Position numbers and translations under genes: made by a program. From a virus (Duplodnaviria; Caudoviricetes), in the IMG/VR virus record IMGVR_UViG_3300048061_000822, positions 1-63,824 of that record: 63,824 bases of DNA. One strand, given 5' to 3'. Below are positions 1 to 9,429 of this stretch, one piece after another (position 1 is the stretch's first letter; every line of letters starts with the position of its first letter). A model generated the notes under the pieces. The model was not told the DNA's origin, ran no database searches, and saw nothing but the letters and a program-made list of their open reading frames with translations.

Positions 1-221
1 CGAGCAAGATCAATTTCCTTGTTGGAAAGACCCTCAAATTCAGCAGGCGTCATACCCTTGATGCTGGCGTTAGTAAGTGTACAACCGGTACTAGAGTCTA
101 CACTTACAATGCGAGGAAGAAAGTTTCCTGCACCATCTAATGCGCCAGGTGCCTTAACAAGACTTCCTGTTGCAGAAGCTGCGGGCGTACTCAGTTGCGA
201 GTTATCGAATGGATTTGCCAT
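1..221 (-). CDS. 5' part of probable major capsid protein (runs off window)
   Basis: ATG at 221 opens MANPFDNSQLSTPAASATGSLVKAPGALDGAGNFLPRIVSVDSSTGCTLTNASIKG... with no stop before the edge; follows terminase-portal-scaffold; identity is from position only. Confidence 0.55.
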   Translation of the reverse strand, partial: MANPFDNSQLSTPAASATGSLVKAPGALDGAGNFLPRIVSVDSSTGCTLTNASIKGMTPAEFEGLSNKEIDLA

Positions 222-242
222 AATATTTATTTTGTTAATTTA

Positions 243-262
243 GTACCTAACTTATTAGGTCA
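243..262. promoter_or_regulatory. 20-bp palindromic motif copy (GTACCTAA-CTTA-TTAGGTCA)
   Basis: Matches dispersed consensus; 21 bp upstream of capsid ATG. Confidence 0.7.
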
Positions 263-387
263 GATAACTAATAATAACGAAAAGTTATAAAAAAAATGGA
301 ACAAATCGTGTTTTACATAAAATTTCTCAAAAAGAGACAAATATTGAATTACTTTTTTATACTAAAATTAGGTTTTACAACTTAAAA

Positions 388-1710
388 CTAAAGACCTAAC
401 GCAGATAATACTGGGTTTGGTTTTTCACTCGATTGAGATTCACTCACTACATTATGACCCTGCCTTGGTGCAGGCTTTGCCTGTTTTGGACTTGGTGTAA
501 CATCATGATTGGGAACTGCTTGTGATTTTACATACCCAGACTTTCTGAGCTTTTCCTCATTAGCATTAAGTTCACTATTTATATATGCTTTTGCGGACTG
601 ATGTGCCATATCAACTACATCACTATCACTTAATGTATAAGATTTTGATTTTTCAACAGATGTTAACTTTCCGAAGTTTTCCCTCCTGACAAACTTTTTA
701 CCATCTTTATCTGGCATGGTTTGTTGTAAATTATCTAACCATGTTGCTAATCTTACATGAGTATCATTAGTTGGGTCGAATTTTTGCAACCCACTACTTA
801 TTTCATGAAATGCAAACATTGCTCCCTGGTGAAACGTTGCAACTTTGTCTACAATTTCAAACTCAACAGGATTTTGATTATAAGCAAAGTCCGCACCCTT
901 TTTATCCATTATAGATTTTATTCCTTCAGGAATTAATTCTTTAATAGACTCACGAGTCTGTTTCTTTAATTTTTCTACCTGTGGCTCAATCCTTAAAATT
1001 CGCTGTTCTTCTTTAAGCTTTTCTATTTCGGGCGATAATTCATTGACTGCCTCCTCCTTTGCTTTACGCATTGTCCTAAGCTCAACTACTTTCTCTAAGT
1101 CTTCCTGGCTAAACTTAGGTTTTTTGCGTTTTAGAAAGTTTTGATAATCATAGTCGGTTTCATCAAACTTTGCATCTGGGTCTTCAATTAACTTTTCATC
1201 GATGAACTTCTTTTGCTCTTTAAAAAATTCTAAATACTGACCGGATAATCCTTTAAATTCCTTAAAATTTTCTTCTGCAAACTTTGCCAATTTAAATCTT
1301 TTGTCTTGGTCTTCCGTTAGAATAGGTTCAGGTTCTGCTTCTTGTACAACTTCTTGTACAGGTTCAGGTTGTTCGGGTTCGGGTTGTTGTCCTTCAACCT
1401 CTTGCGCACTTGGAAGTCCACCCTCAAATAAGTCTTTATCAAACTTTTCTAGACTTCTAGGCTCTTCTTCCTTGTCTTTAGGTTCTTCCCTTACTTCTTC
1501 TTCTGTATCCTCAATTTGCTCTTCAATGGGTTCATTAAGGATGTCAGTTAAAGCAAATGAAGCATTTGGATCAAGGGTGGGTTTTTCCTCGATAACTTCC
1601 TCGGTGATTTGCTCTTCTGTTTCGGCTGCAGCAAAAAGAGAATTGAGTAGGGAGTTGCCTACTGTTTCTTCTTTAGTTTCTACTTCATTTTCACTAGTTT
1701 CTTCGCTCAT
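388..1710 (-). CDS. Putative capsid scaffolding protein
   Basis: 440 aa, very acidic disordered N-terminus then helical region; lies between portal and capsid. Confidence 0.55.
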   Translation of the reverse strand: MSEETSENEVETKEETVGNSLLNSLFAAAETEEQITEEVIEEKPTLDPNASFALTDILNEPIEEQIEDTEEEVREEPKDKEEEPRSLEKFDKDLFEGGLPSAQEVEGQQPEPEQPEPVQEVVQEAEPEPILTEDQDKRFKLAKFAEENFKEFKGLSGQYLEFFKEQKKFIDEKLIEDPDAKFDETDYDYQNFLKRKKPKFSQEDLEKVVELRTMRKAKEEAVNELSPEIEKLKEEQRILRIEPQVEKLKKQTRESIKELIPEGIKSIMDKKGADFAYNQNPVEFEIVDKVATFHQGAMFAFHEISSGLQKFDPTNDTHVRLATWLDNLQQTMPDKDGKKFVRRENFGKLTSVEKSKSYTLSDSDVVDMAHQSAKAYINSELNANEEKLRKSGYVKSQAVPNHDVTPSPKQAKPAPRQGHNVVSESQSSEKPNPVLSALGL

Positions 1711-4002
1711 TTACTGTACTGGTTGTTGTTGTGGTTGCATTGGTGGCGCTAAATCTTGAGGGGGCATTCCTGCCTGAAACTGTTGTGGTGGTGGTGGAGC
1801 ACTTGATTGTGGTTGAGCTAATGCACCTTTTATAGTCTGCACTTCCTGGTTCATTTGACTAAGAACTTGAACCAGTTGAGGAACCTGTTGTTTTAACTGC
1901 TCTACAAATTGTGAGTTTGCGAGAGACATATCTTCCTTGCTTTCAGTTTCTATATTTAAATCGTATGCCGCTCCTGAAAGACGAAATATTTCGTTCATAA
2001 TTTCTAGAACTTTTTCCGTTCCCACTGCTTGCATTATAGGTTGAACAGACACAATTTGTTGTAACAATCCTGCTAATGTTTGAGCCGACTGTGTATTGAC
2101 TGCTCTTTCTGCTCCATCTCTAGATGAGAAGTTATACTCATGAAATAATACTTCAGGTTTTCCGATAACTGTTCTTTTTGACTGAGGATTTATATCAGGG
2201 TCATTTGCATTTGCATCAAGAAACCCTGCCCTTCTGACTACATCTTCTGTATATCTGCCTATTACGGGAACTTTGAATTCCGAAGAACTGCATGATACAA
2301 GATGCTCAAACAACATCTTTTTAGCCCCTCCCCTAAGTTCATCTATACCTTCTGATATGAATGAATATATTGCCTGTGTAGTGGTAGCTATCTCTGTTAC
2401 CTCAGTTGCAGAGATTTCACGAGGTGCTGGTTGCCCCAGTTCCTGTGGCGATAGAATGAGAAGTCGCTCTACCAAATTAAGCAACTGCGTTATTGATGAC
2501 ATTGCCTGAGAAATAGATGCCGCCATTTCTTTTTGAACATCCACTACAGTTATAAAGTCCTTTGCATTTAATCCAAGGTCTGCCATTTTAGAACCGGAAT
2601 AAAAAACTGCATGTTGCTTTGAATACAATGTGCCTGCACTCATTGATTCTATAATAAATTCTTTCACATCATCTTCCAGTGCGTCCTGATCAATGGTAAA
2701 TATCTTCATCATTGAAACTTTCATATCATGTAAAAGTTTATTCATGATATTATTCATCTGGTCCTGAAAAGGCATTAATTCATGAGCAACTGATGTATTT
2801 ACCATGCGTGCATCATTTTGATTAAGACCACCATATATAGCAGGAATACTTGGGAGAAACTCTGCATGTAGTACTGTATTATCACTAGCTACAACCATTT
2901 TCATCCATACATCATGTGGATAATCACCAATGCCCTCTTGTGCCGGATTAACCTTACAAAAATAATTAGTTATGAATATTCCCTTATCTGTATCTTCAGA
3001 ACCATAAACACCTACATTTGCCGTTCTATCGTTCTTCATTGCCCACTCTGACTTCCTAGTTGGAAATCTCATAGTTTCAGGTTCTAGATAGTAGTTAAAA
3101 AATTCCTTATAAGAATCATACGCACCGAAAAGATTACTATTAAATGATATATCATCTGTATTCCAGTATCCTGCATTGTCAGATAAATCCTGATACTGAA
3201 CAATATCCCAATAACCTAACCAACTCGGGCCATTATCTGTATTAATATCTGCCATTGGTGCAGACTGATCAAACATGACTCGCGTTGGGTGGGGCTTAAC
3301 AAAATCTATACCTTCTTTAGATACATAACTTTCTACCCCACTTTCCCTGTCTTTATTAGCTTTCCATTGGGTATCCCTAGTCCACGCCTGTGATGGAAAC
3401 ATAACCACATGACCATACATAAACATATCACGAATACCTTGAGCAAATAAATGCCTGTAATTAAATTGATCAGCAATAACCTCTACCCGTTGACTTAATG
3501 CATCCGCACGCAACTTATCAATAGATGATGTACCCCTTGGGTCATATTTAAAATATGGAAATAAATTAGAAAAACGAGATACTTGGGCGGCAACTCTTCG
3601 GGTGACATATGAACGAATTATATCAATGGATACTTCATAAAAATTCTGAAGGTTAATGTTTTTGATAGTACCCTCTTCATTATACTCACAATATTGATCC
3701 TCGCATCCAATATCACTTAATGTTTGAGCCGCATCCTCAATATCAATTTTACCTTGTGCGTACTGCAATAATGGAAATTGTGCTTTATTTATTGGAAGTG
3801 TATCCCATGCTAAATCAACAGACATATATAAATTACTGTGTTTAGCAGAATGAAATATACCCTGCCTAACCCTTGACTCTATTTGGTCTTCAAATTTGGC
3901 TCTTATTCTAAAATTATCGGAGTTTTCATCTTTCTCCGTAAATATTTCCATCAAACGCTCATGTGTGCATCCGAATTTCTTGAGTATGTCTAAGTTTACC
4001 AT
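1711..4002 (-). CDS. Portal protein
   Basis: 763 aa downstream of terminase; REISATEV motif of P22/T7-type portals; Q/P-rich C-terminal tail. Confidence 0.75.
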   Translation of the reverse strand: MVNLDILKKFGCTHERLMEIFTEKDENSDNFRIRAKFEDQIESRVRQGIFHSAKHSNLYMSVDLAWDTLPINKAQFPLLQYAQGKIDIEDAAQTLSDIGCEDQYCEYNEEGTIKNINLQNFYEVSIDIIRSYVTRRVAAQVSRFSNLFPYFKYDPRGTSSIDKLRADALSQRVEVIADQFNYRHLFAQGIRDMFMYGHVVMFPSQAWTRDTQWKANKDRESGVESYVSKEGIDFVKPHPTRVMFDQSAPMADINTDNGPSWLGYWDIVQYQDLSDNAGYWNTDDISFNSNLFGAYDSYKEFFNYYLEPETMRFPTRKSEWAMKNDRTANVGVYGSEDTDKGIFITNYFCKVNPAQEGIGDYPHDVWMKMVVASDNTVLHAEFLPSIPAIYGGLNQNDARMVNTSVAHELMPFQDQMNNIMNKLLHDMKVSMMKIFTIDQDALEDDVKEFIIESMSAGTLYSKQHAVFYSGSKMADLGLNAKDFITVVDVQKEMAASISQAMSSITQLLNLVERLLILSPQELGQPAPREISATEVTEIATTTQAIYSFISEGIDELRGGAKKMLFEHLVSCSSSEFKVPVIGRYTEDVVRRAGFLDANANDPDINPQSKRTVIGKPEVLFHEYNFSSRDGAERAVNTQSAQTLAGLLQQIVSVQPIMQAVGTEKVLEIMNEIFRLSGAAYDLNIETESKEDMSLANSQFVEQLKQQVPQLVQVLSQMNQEVQTIKGALAQPQSSAPPPPQQFQAGMPPQDLAPPMQPQQQPVQ

Positions 4003-4288
4003 AGGGCTCCATTATTACGTTTGGTATTGTGTCATCGACATAATCCCCAATTATGGAATGTTCCAAAATTGTAAGTAGAATACATGCCGGAAAGTTTATT
4101 TTTCTTCTTGAGAGTTGACGCTGAAAAGTCAGGAAGGGCACTCCAATTAAAGCTGCTAGTTCCACTCGGTTTATACGAATAAAACCACACAGTCTTGAAA
4201 TTCTTTTTTCGTTCCACTTGTCCTGTAGGTCTAGTTTTTTATAATGTATTTCAACTGCAAGAGATGCAGGGGTTTGAAAATCACCCAT
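3959..4288 (-). CDS. Small HTH-like protein
   Basis: INRVELAALIGVPFLTFQRQLSR resembles an XRE-type helix-turn-helix. Confidence 0.45.
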   Translation of the reverse strand: MGDFQTPASLAVEIHYKKLDLQDKWNEKRISRLCGFIRINRVELAALIGVPFLTFQRQLSRRKINFPACILLTILEHSIIGDYVDDTIPNVIMEPYGKLRHTQEIRMHT

Positions 4289-4553
4289 CTGTCATAGAAC
4301 GCAACACGCCACCTGGTATCTCTGACTCAGGTTCTTCGTTTTCCATTTCATTGGCATCATTTTGGTCATCAATATCACTACGCATACGGCGTACTTCATC
4401 GACGGGTAATTTTATAGTTCCAGCAATTCTTTCGTCTGTCTTCTCGCTTATTAGAACTTGAACGGTCATCTCAACTGTTTGTCCTTCACTCACGCCAGAG
4501 AAAGCATTTTGAGTATTTTCATCATCGGTTACATCTAGTAAAATTGTATTCAT
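4281..4553 (-). CDS. Acidic hypothetical protein
   Basis: 90-aa ORF in the packaging operon, overlapping the next gene. Confidence 0.6.
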   Translation of the reverse strand: MNTILLDVTDDENTQNAFSGVSEGQTVEMTVQVLISEKTDERIAGTIKLPVDEVRRMRSDIDDQNDANEMENEEPESEIPGGVLRSMTDG

Positions 4554-4559
4554 ATTTTA

Positions 4560-4579
4560 GAATCTAATATATTAGGTCA
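4560..4579. promoter_or_regulatory. 20-bp palindromic motif copy (GAATCTAA-TATA-TTAGGTCA)
   Basis: Fills the short gap between terL and the 90-aa gene. Confidence 0.7.
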
Positions 4580-4584
4580 TTAAA

Positions 4585-6105
4585 TCAAGCTTTGATTTCT
4601 ATTATTTCAGATTTACTTGATTGTATAGCACCGGGACCACCATGGTAATACAGAATTGGGTATGTTAATGCATCATGCGAGTGTACATATTGATTCCTTC
4701 TAGGCTTGAAGGATTTCATTGGATCAAAACTACCACTAGTATTTTCAGATATTAACCCGAAAAACATTTTTTTTAGATAAACACATTTATTAGATAATAA
4801 AAACTCTTCATTTTGAAGTTTTGCTATAAGTAGTCTAATTCTTGTTTCAACTGATCCATTAAACTTTGGTGCTGCTTTTAGTTTTATCGCTTCAAGGTTA
4901 TACTCCTTAAAACTCTCTAGTTTTTCCCTAGATATTTCTTCTATATCCCGAACATCATAACTTCCTGTTTTCGCACGATATTGATTAAATGCAGAATTAT
5001 CTGATATATGAATGTATTTAAATTCATGGTCTTTTTTCTCATTCCAGTATTTCATCCTTCTAAACATTTCCACCACTAGTTGTGTATATGGAATATGTTC
5101 CTCGTTATGTATAATTTCATCAAATACTAACCATACAGGTTTACCACCCATGACTATGCTTTGCATAAATATCATTGCGTTATTTACACTACCTGGGTCC
5201 CACCCACAGATTATGGGAAATTTAGTAGATGGTTGATACTCAGCTTTACTGTGTATTCCTTCTACAAAGTAAGGTTTGTAAATTGCATTCCCTGCAGGAC
5301 GGTCAATCCACTCACCCCTGACCATTCGAGCTTCCTCAATTGGGTCATCGGAAATAGCTTCCATAATCCGGTCGTAATACCCTGCTGGTAAATTATCCTT
5401 ATTATCCTCAATCTTTAAATGTCTTACGAAGTAATCTTCGTTATACTTTCCATCCCTGAGTGGAGTTTTAAAGAATCGTTTATAAACCCAATGTGACGGG
5501 CCATCCGGATTACATGCCGCAGTATATTGCATCGGGGAGTCAATACCTGGTCTTCTACCTAATTGCTGAACTACTGCATTAAAGTAATCATCTGTGTCTA
5601 AGTTTGTTAACTCATCTACAAACACATAACTTGGCTCGAAACCCTTAATTCTATCTTTAATAAAACTACCATATGGTGCGGATACTAAATACACCTGACT
5701 TGTTCCGCCAAATCTATTGGAAACCTCTATATATAAATTCTTCTGGGCATCCTGCCTTTCTCCTGCGACATGCATACCAATTCCATCTTCCCAAAGTGGT
5801 AGTATTTCTGTTTTTAATTTATGCCAAACTCCCCCCATTGTCGCCTGAGATTTTATACCTACTATTAATACTGCAAGTGCATTAAAATTTTCCCATAAAT
5901 GTCTTACTAGTTTATGCCCACCTAAAATATATGTTTTACCCGTTCCCCTTTCTCCATACGCAAGGATATACAGAGCCGAAGAATCAAACATTTCCTGTTG
6001 GGTGGAAGTAAGGCTTGGAGACCATGGTGGTGTTTCAACCTCACCCTCATCTTTTATTGCCTGACCCAGCCTTTCGGCTAATAAGTCTTTATCTAGTTTG
6101 CCCAC
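4585..6105 (-). CDS. terL: Terminase large subunit
   Basis: Walker A GERGTGKT, Walker B VFVDE, ACNP motif, RNase H-like WDPG and HSHDALTY. Confidence 0.92.
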   Translation of the reverse strand: MGKLDKDLLAERLGQAIKDEGEVETPPWSPSLTSTQQEMFDSSALYILAYGERGTGKTYILGGHKLVRHLWENFNALAVLIVGIKSQATMGGVWHKLKTEILPLWEDGIGMHVAGERQDAQKNLYIEVSNRFGGTSQVYLVSAPYGSFIKDRIKGFEPSYVFVDELTNLDTDDYFNAVVQQLGRRPGIDSPMQYTAACNPDGPSHWVYKRFFKTPLRDGKYNEDYFVRHLKIEDNKDNLPAGYYDRIMEAISDDPIEEARMVRGEWIDRPAGNAIYKPYFVEGIHSKAEYQPSTKFPIICGWDPGSVNNAMIFMQSIVMGGKPVWLVFDEIIHNEEHIPYTQLVVEMFRRMKYWNEKKDHEFKYIHISDNSAFNQYRAKTGSYDVRDIEEISREKLESFKEYNLEAIKLKAAPKFNGSVETRIRLLIAKLQNEEFLLSNKCVYLKKMFFGLISENTSGSFDPMKSFKPRRNQYVHSHDALTYPILYYHGGPGAIQSSKSEIIEIKA

Positions 6106-6107
6106 AC

Positions 6108-6776
6108 TTAGCTATCCCCTTCGGCATCTTTTTTCATCTGTTGAAGATTCTTAAGTGGTTGGAAACCTGTTTTCTTTTTAGATTTAGACTGCTCTTCGTT
6201 ATGCATCTTTAACATGATGTTTATTCCTGTGAGCGTCCTATCATACCCTTTACCTATTTCTGAACTTACTTGGGTTAAGGAACGGATGTACTGAAGTTTC
6301 ATCTCCGGATCCATTTCTGTGGTTTCTAGTTCCTCCTTAAGTCTCTGCGAGACTTCATAGAGTTGCATATTCTGCTGAATATTTAAGGATTGATACCCTT
6401 TTAACGCCTCAACCATTAATAAACCCGTATGTTTTTCAAATTTCTCAAATGCACGGATTGACTTTATTGTCTCAGCTTTTAATCCAAGACCCTTTAATGC
6501 TTTTAAGTATTCACCCTGTGGTTCGATAGCTGCGACTGCTTCACTCTCCGTTAGAGGCTTATCTTCGCTCCTGGTAAGCAATTCAACCTTATCAGGGATT
6601 GGGTCGCCAATCTGACTGGGATTATAGAGTGCTTTTAGTTTTTCTGAGTTTCCAATGATTCGGTGTAAGTGATTGACTGTGACTCCAATTATATCAGCTG
6701 CTTTTGGCTTGGACATCTTGGCTTTTTTCATAGCCGCCCCTATTTCTTCATCGCTAAACTTTTTCGTTTTAGGCAT
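6108..6776 (-). CDS. Probable terminase small subunit
   Basis: Immediately upstream of terL; N-terminal HTH (KPKAADIIGVTVNHLHRII) followed by helical region. Confidence 0.55.
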   Translation of the reverse strand: MPKTKKFSDEEIGAAMKKAKMSKPKAADIIGVTVNHLHRIIGNSEKLKALYNPSQIGDPIPDKVELLTRSEDKPLTESEAVAAIEPQGEYLKALKGLGLKAETIKSIRAFEKFEKHTGLLMVEALKGYQSLNIQQNMQLYEVSQRLKEELETTEMDPEMKLQYIRSLTQVSSEIGKGYDRTLTGINIMLKMHNEEQSKSKKKTGFQPLKNLQQMKKDAEGDS

Positions 6777-7122
6777 TTTTAATTAATTTTATAAGGGGAA
6801 GGAATGTGCTTTCCCAATGTGGGTGGTGCCTAAGAAATATAAACTGAGGATTACTTTTTAAGTATGACCCTGCACGATTTCGATCTGCACTAGAAAGAGG
6901 GTCAAACCTACATCCATCGCAAAACTTTTTTGCATCTCCTACTGTTATATTTGACCAGTCTGTAGACCTAGATAACTCCCTGACATTGATAGTGGTTAAT
7001 CCACCCGAACCAAGCGCTACCTCCTGATCTGTTAATGCCCTAACTGCCCTACCCCTTGCTTTTACTCTAGCAAGACATCGGACAAGTGGTGGTGGGAAAT
7101 CATTTAGTTTTTCCCAATTCAT
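6769..7122 (-). CDS. Hypothetical protein, possible HTH
   Basis: 117 aa; LTDQEVALGSGGLTTINVRELS is weakly XRE-like. Confidence 0.5.
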   Translation of the reverse strand: MNWEKLNDFPPPLVRCLARVKARGRAVRALTDQEVALGSGGLTTINVRELSRSTDWSNITVGDAKKFCDGCRFDPLSSADRNRAGSYLKSNPQFIFLRHHPHWESTFLPLIKLIKNA

Positions 7123-7315
7123 CCTTATTTACCCAGTCCATGGCTTTTTTTACTATTTCTTTCATTTCACCCCTTCGCCTATCAATGGTAACACAATCCA
7201 AAACCATTCTTTGTTTCGTGCCTGCTTTAATTCCAATTATTAGGTAGTCGTCCATAAATTCAGACAACTGTCCACCCATTGACTCGTGTATTATTTCTCC
7301 CGCTGGTTTATCCAT
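7100..7315 (-). CDS. Hypothetical protein
   Basis: 71-aa first gene of the packaging operon. Confidence 0.5.
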   Translation of the reverse strand: MDKPAGEIIHESMGGQLSEFMDDYLIIGIKAGTKQRMVLDCVTIDRRRGEMKEIVKKAMDWVNKDELGKTK

Positions 7316-7322
7316 AATTTAA

Positions 7323-7352
7323 AATCTAAAATAAAAATATAATGAATGGCAA
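7323..7352 (-). promoter_or_regulatory. Candidate sigma70-type promoter for packaging/head operon
   Basis: Minus-strand TTGCCA-18 nt-TAGATT just upstream of the 7315 ATG. Confidence 0.35.
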
Positions 7353-7358
7353 GCATTT

Positions 7359-7378
7359 TGACCTAATTTATTAGATCA
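7359..7378. promoter_or_regulatory. 20-bp palindromic motif copy (TGACCTAA-TTTA-TTAGATCA)
   Basis: Intergenic, 6 bp upstream of the candidate -35. Confidence 0.75.
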
Positions 7379-7400
7379 ATTATGAAAAGGGTTACGGCGA

Positions 7401-8396
7401 TTATATATTGAAATACTTTTCTGCCTCAGCTTTAGATACTTTTTTATTCATGTAATAGGTTTTAAAGGTGTCGTAGTTCATGTGACCCATCGTGTGCATC
7501 GTCCACTCCAAACCATACATCCAGTATCCGTAAGAGCCGAAACTATGCCTCGCTCCATCACCTGGATATTTAAATCCTAGTCTTTTTACTGCCCTTGACC
7601 GACTTTGGTTCATTCCTTTCCATGATGGCATCACAGGGCCACTTTTCTTATCGGGTATCCATGACCATAAATTATCAGGCAATCCCGTAATAAATCTAGA
7701 GGGTGTCTTTGAGGCGGGAACGCTGATGGACTCACCATGCTTTATATCAGAGTAATCTAATTTTTCCATCTCTCCTTGAGGTCGCAAGCCCGCAAAGAAC
7801 ATAATAGCTAGAGATGGTCTATATTTCTCCCACGAACGAGAATTATTTCGTTCGCCTCCATCTTCATTAAGTAACCTTTCAACTTGCTTGGGAGTTAAAA
7901 TTCCAATCTCTCTTTCTCTGGGTGGCATTCTTAATGTTTTAATCTCCCATTTAGTTTTCCGACAGTATCCCAGTAATCCACACCAATTTAAAAATATGAC
8001 AAATTGATTTTTGTAGGTGTATTTTGTGGAAGCAGTTTTCCATGAGGATTGCTCCTCTACCCGCCGTTGAATGTATTGTACATCAATTGAATCAATTTTC
8101 TGAGCCCCAAGTCCCCACTTTAATAAATAACTTAGTCTTGATTCAATTTTGTCCCACCTAGCTTTTGGGTATCTACTTTGGTAATTCTCCAGGTATTTTT
8201 TTATACCTACCGAAACAGTTGTGTTATATCCATCCGGTTGGTCTTCGAATTTAGCTAACCATTCATTTAAGTTATTTTTTTCAAATAACAGGGATTCTGA
8301 AAAAGATGAAAAACTTTTTCGCCTACGCTTCCCATGATGCATAACATCAATTACATATTTAGTTTCACCCCTAACTGTTCGTTTATACTTTTTCAT
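7401..8396 (-). CDS. int: Tyrosine integrase
   Basis: FAGLRP (Arg), SKT (Lys), DGARHSF (HxxR variant), MGH, TYY (Tyr); next to an attP-like tRNA fragment. Confidence 0.88.
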   Translation of the reverse strand: MKKYKRTVRGETKYVIDVMHHGKRRRKSFSSFSESLLFEKNNLNEWLAKFEDQPDGYNTTVSVGIKKYLENYQSRYPKARWDKIESRLSYLLKWGLGAQKIDSIDVQYIQRRVEEQSSWKTASTKYTYKNQFVIFLNWCGLLGYCRKTKWEIKTLRMPPREREIGILTPKQVERLLNEDGGERNNSRSWEKYRPSLAIMFFAGLRPQGEMEKLDYSDIKHGESISVPASKTPSRFITGLPDNLWSWIPDKKSGPVMPSWKGMNQSRSRAVKRLGFKYPGDGARHSFGSYGYWMYGLEWTMHTMGHMNYDTFKTYYMNKKVSKAEAEKYFNI

Positions 8397-8439
8397 GGTG
8401 ACATGATTTTTGGGGGTGGTGACATAAGTGGTGACATAA
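8396..8439 (+). repeat. TGGTGACAT direct repeats, candidate integrase arm-type sites
   Basis: Copies at 8396-8404, 8417-8425, 8429-8437 (GTGGTGACATAA twice in tandem); variant TGGTGACGT at 8673-8681 on the other side of the tRNA fragment. Confidence 0.65.
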
Positions 8440-8483
8440 AATCTGTAAATTTATGAGTAATTGTGATACCTAGTGGTGTAAAT

Positions 8484-8520
8484 AAAAAAAGACTTCTCGG
8501 TTAAAAGAAGCCCTTTTTTT
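8484..8520. terminator. Possible bidirectional intrinsic terminator
   Basis: A7-GACTTCT-loop-AGAAGCCC-T7, imperfect stem. Confidence 0.45.
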
Positions 8521-8543
8521 ACTTAATGGAAATGGCTTTATTG

Positions 8544-8571
8544 TTGCATTTCCCTAGTGTTTTAGTAGTAT
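8544..8571 (+). promoter_or_regulatory. Candidate promoter facing the tRNA fragment
   Basis: TTGCAT-16 nt-TAGTAT ending 24 nt before the tRNA 5' end. Confidence 0.4.
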
Positions 8572-8595
8572 GTATTGATATTGCTTTTGCGATTC

Positions 8596-8638
8596 GCCAC
8601 CTTAGCTCAGCTGGTAGAGCACCTCACTTGTAATAAGG
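8596..8638 (+). tRNA. 5' half of tRNA-Thr(UGU), probable attP core, not a complete tRNA
   Basis: GCCACCT-TA-GCTC AGCTGGTA GAGC-A-CCTCA CTTGTAA TAAGG: acceptor 5' strand, D arm and anticodon arm with TGT; no T arm or 3' acceptor strand follows. Confidence 0.8.
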
Positions 8639-8663
8639 TCAACTCTCCATTTATAACTAGCAT

Positions 8664-9023
8664 TCAAGGCTTTGGTGACGTGTTGTTGCCAACCTTTTGG
8701 TATTCTTGGTATGGTTTATACTCTCGTGCGCTTGGCTTAACATCAATCATATAGCGAATCCGTCCCGAACTTTCGGCTAGAACTTTTTCTATTGATGAAG
8801 TTACCACTTTCATATCTTTTGTTTCTGTACTTATTTTTAAATATATTAATAAGTTAAAAACTAGGATTGCTAGAGATAAAAAGAATAACACCCATGTGAG
8901 TGTTTGCTTAGAATTAACTGCCTTTCCATCAATTCTAATATTCTTAATATCTCCCTTTTTTACTTCTGGAATTTCCAGTGTTATTTCATTGCCATCTTGG
9001 TATGTAATTTGGGTAGGTGACAT
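8664..9023 (-). CDS. Single-pass membrane protein
   Basis: Hydrophobic TLTWVLFFLSLAILVFNLLIYL segment. Confidence 0.6.
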   Translation of the reverse strand: MSPTQITYQDGNEITLEIPEVKKGDIKNIRIDGKAVNSKQTLTWVLFFLSLAILVFNLLIYLKISTETKDMKVVTSSIEKVLAESSGRIRYMIDVKPSAREYKPYQEYQKVGNNTSPKP

Positions 9024-9038
9024 TACATTATGCCCTTT

Positions 9039-9284
9039 CTATATATTTACAGCGTATTGATCTATTTTTAGACTTTTGCTAGGTTTGTAGTTTTTATTAT
9101 AAACTGCTTCAAGGTATTCAATTAGGGCATCATTGACCAAAGCAGCTACTGGTTTTTTTGTGACTTCAGAGAGTTTCGTAAGTCTTTTGTGGGTTTCCGT
9201 GGGAACCCGTGTAGATACAGCACAGAGAATTTCATTATTTTTCATTAATCTAGTTGTTTGTAATTGGGCGAAAGTGTCAGTCAC
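9039..9284 (-). CDS. Ribbon-helix-helix regulator (candidate repressor; start possibly 9245)
   Basis: VSTRVPTETHKRLTKLSEVTKKPVAALVNDALIEYL has the Arc/CopG pattern; divergent from the lytic operon. Confidence 0.65.
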   Translation of the reverse strand: MTDTFAQLQTTRLMKNNEILCAVSTRVPTETHKRLTKLSEVTKKPVAALVNDALIEYLEAVYNKNYKPSKSLKIDQYAVNI

Positions 9285-9393
9285 TTAACTGTTTTCTCTT
9301 CTCGTTTTACTTACTCCTTGCTGTTTATTCATATGAGACCACAAGGTATCATATCGTGTCAAAACTTTTTTTCGTTAATTGTTATTTTTCTTC

Positions 9394-9421
9394 TTGCTCT
9401 ATCGCATATGCGATACATAAT
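9394..9421 (+). promoter_or_regulatory. Rightward promoter with embedded perfect palindrome
   Basis: TTGCTC-[TATCGCATATGCGATA]-CATAAT; the 16-bp palindrome 9400-9415 fills the spacer. Confidence 0.6.
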
Positions 9422-9429
9422 CGCATCAA

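Noticed and set aside
8596-8670. Complete functional tRNA-Thr gene
   Set aside because: No T arm (GTTC) or 3' acceptor strand after the anticodon arm
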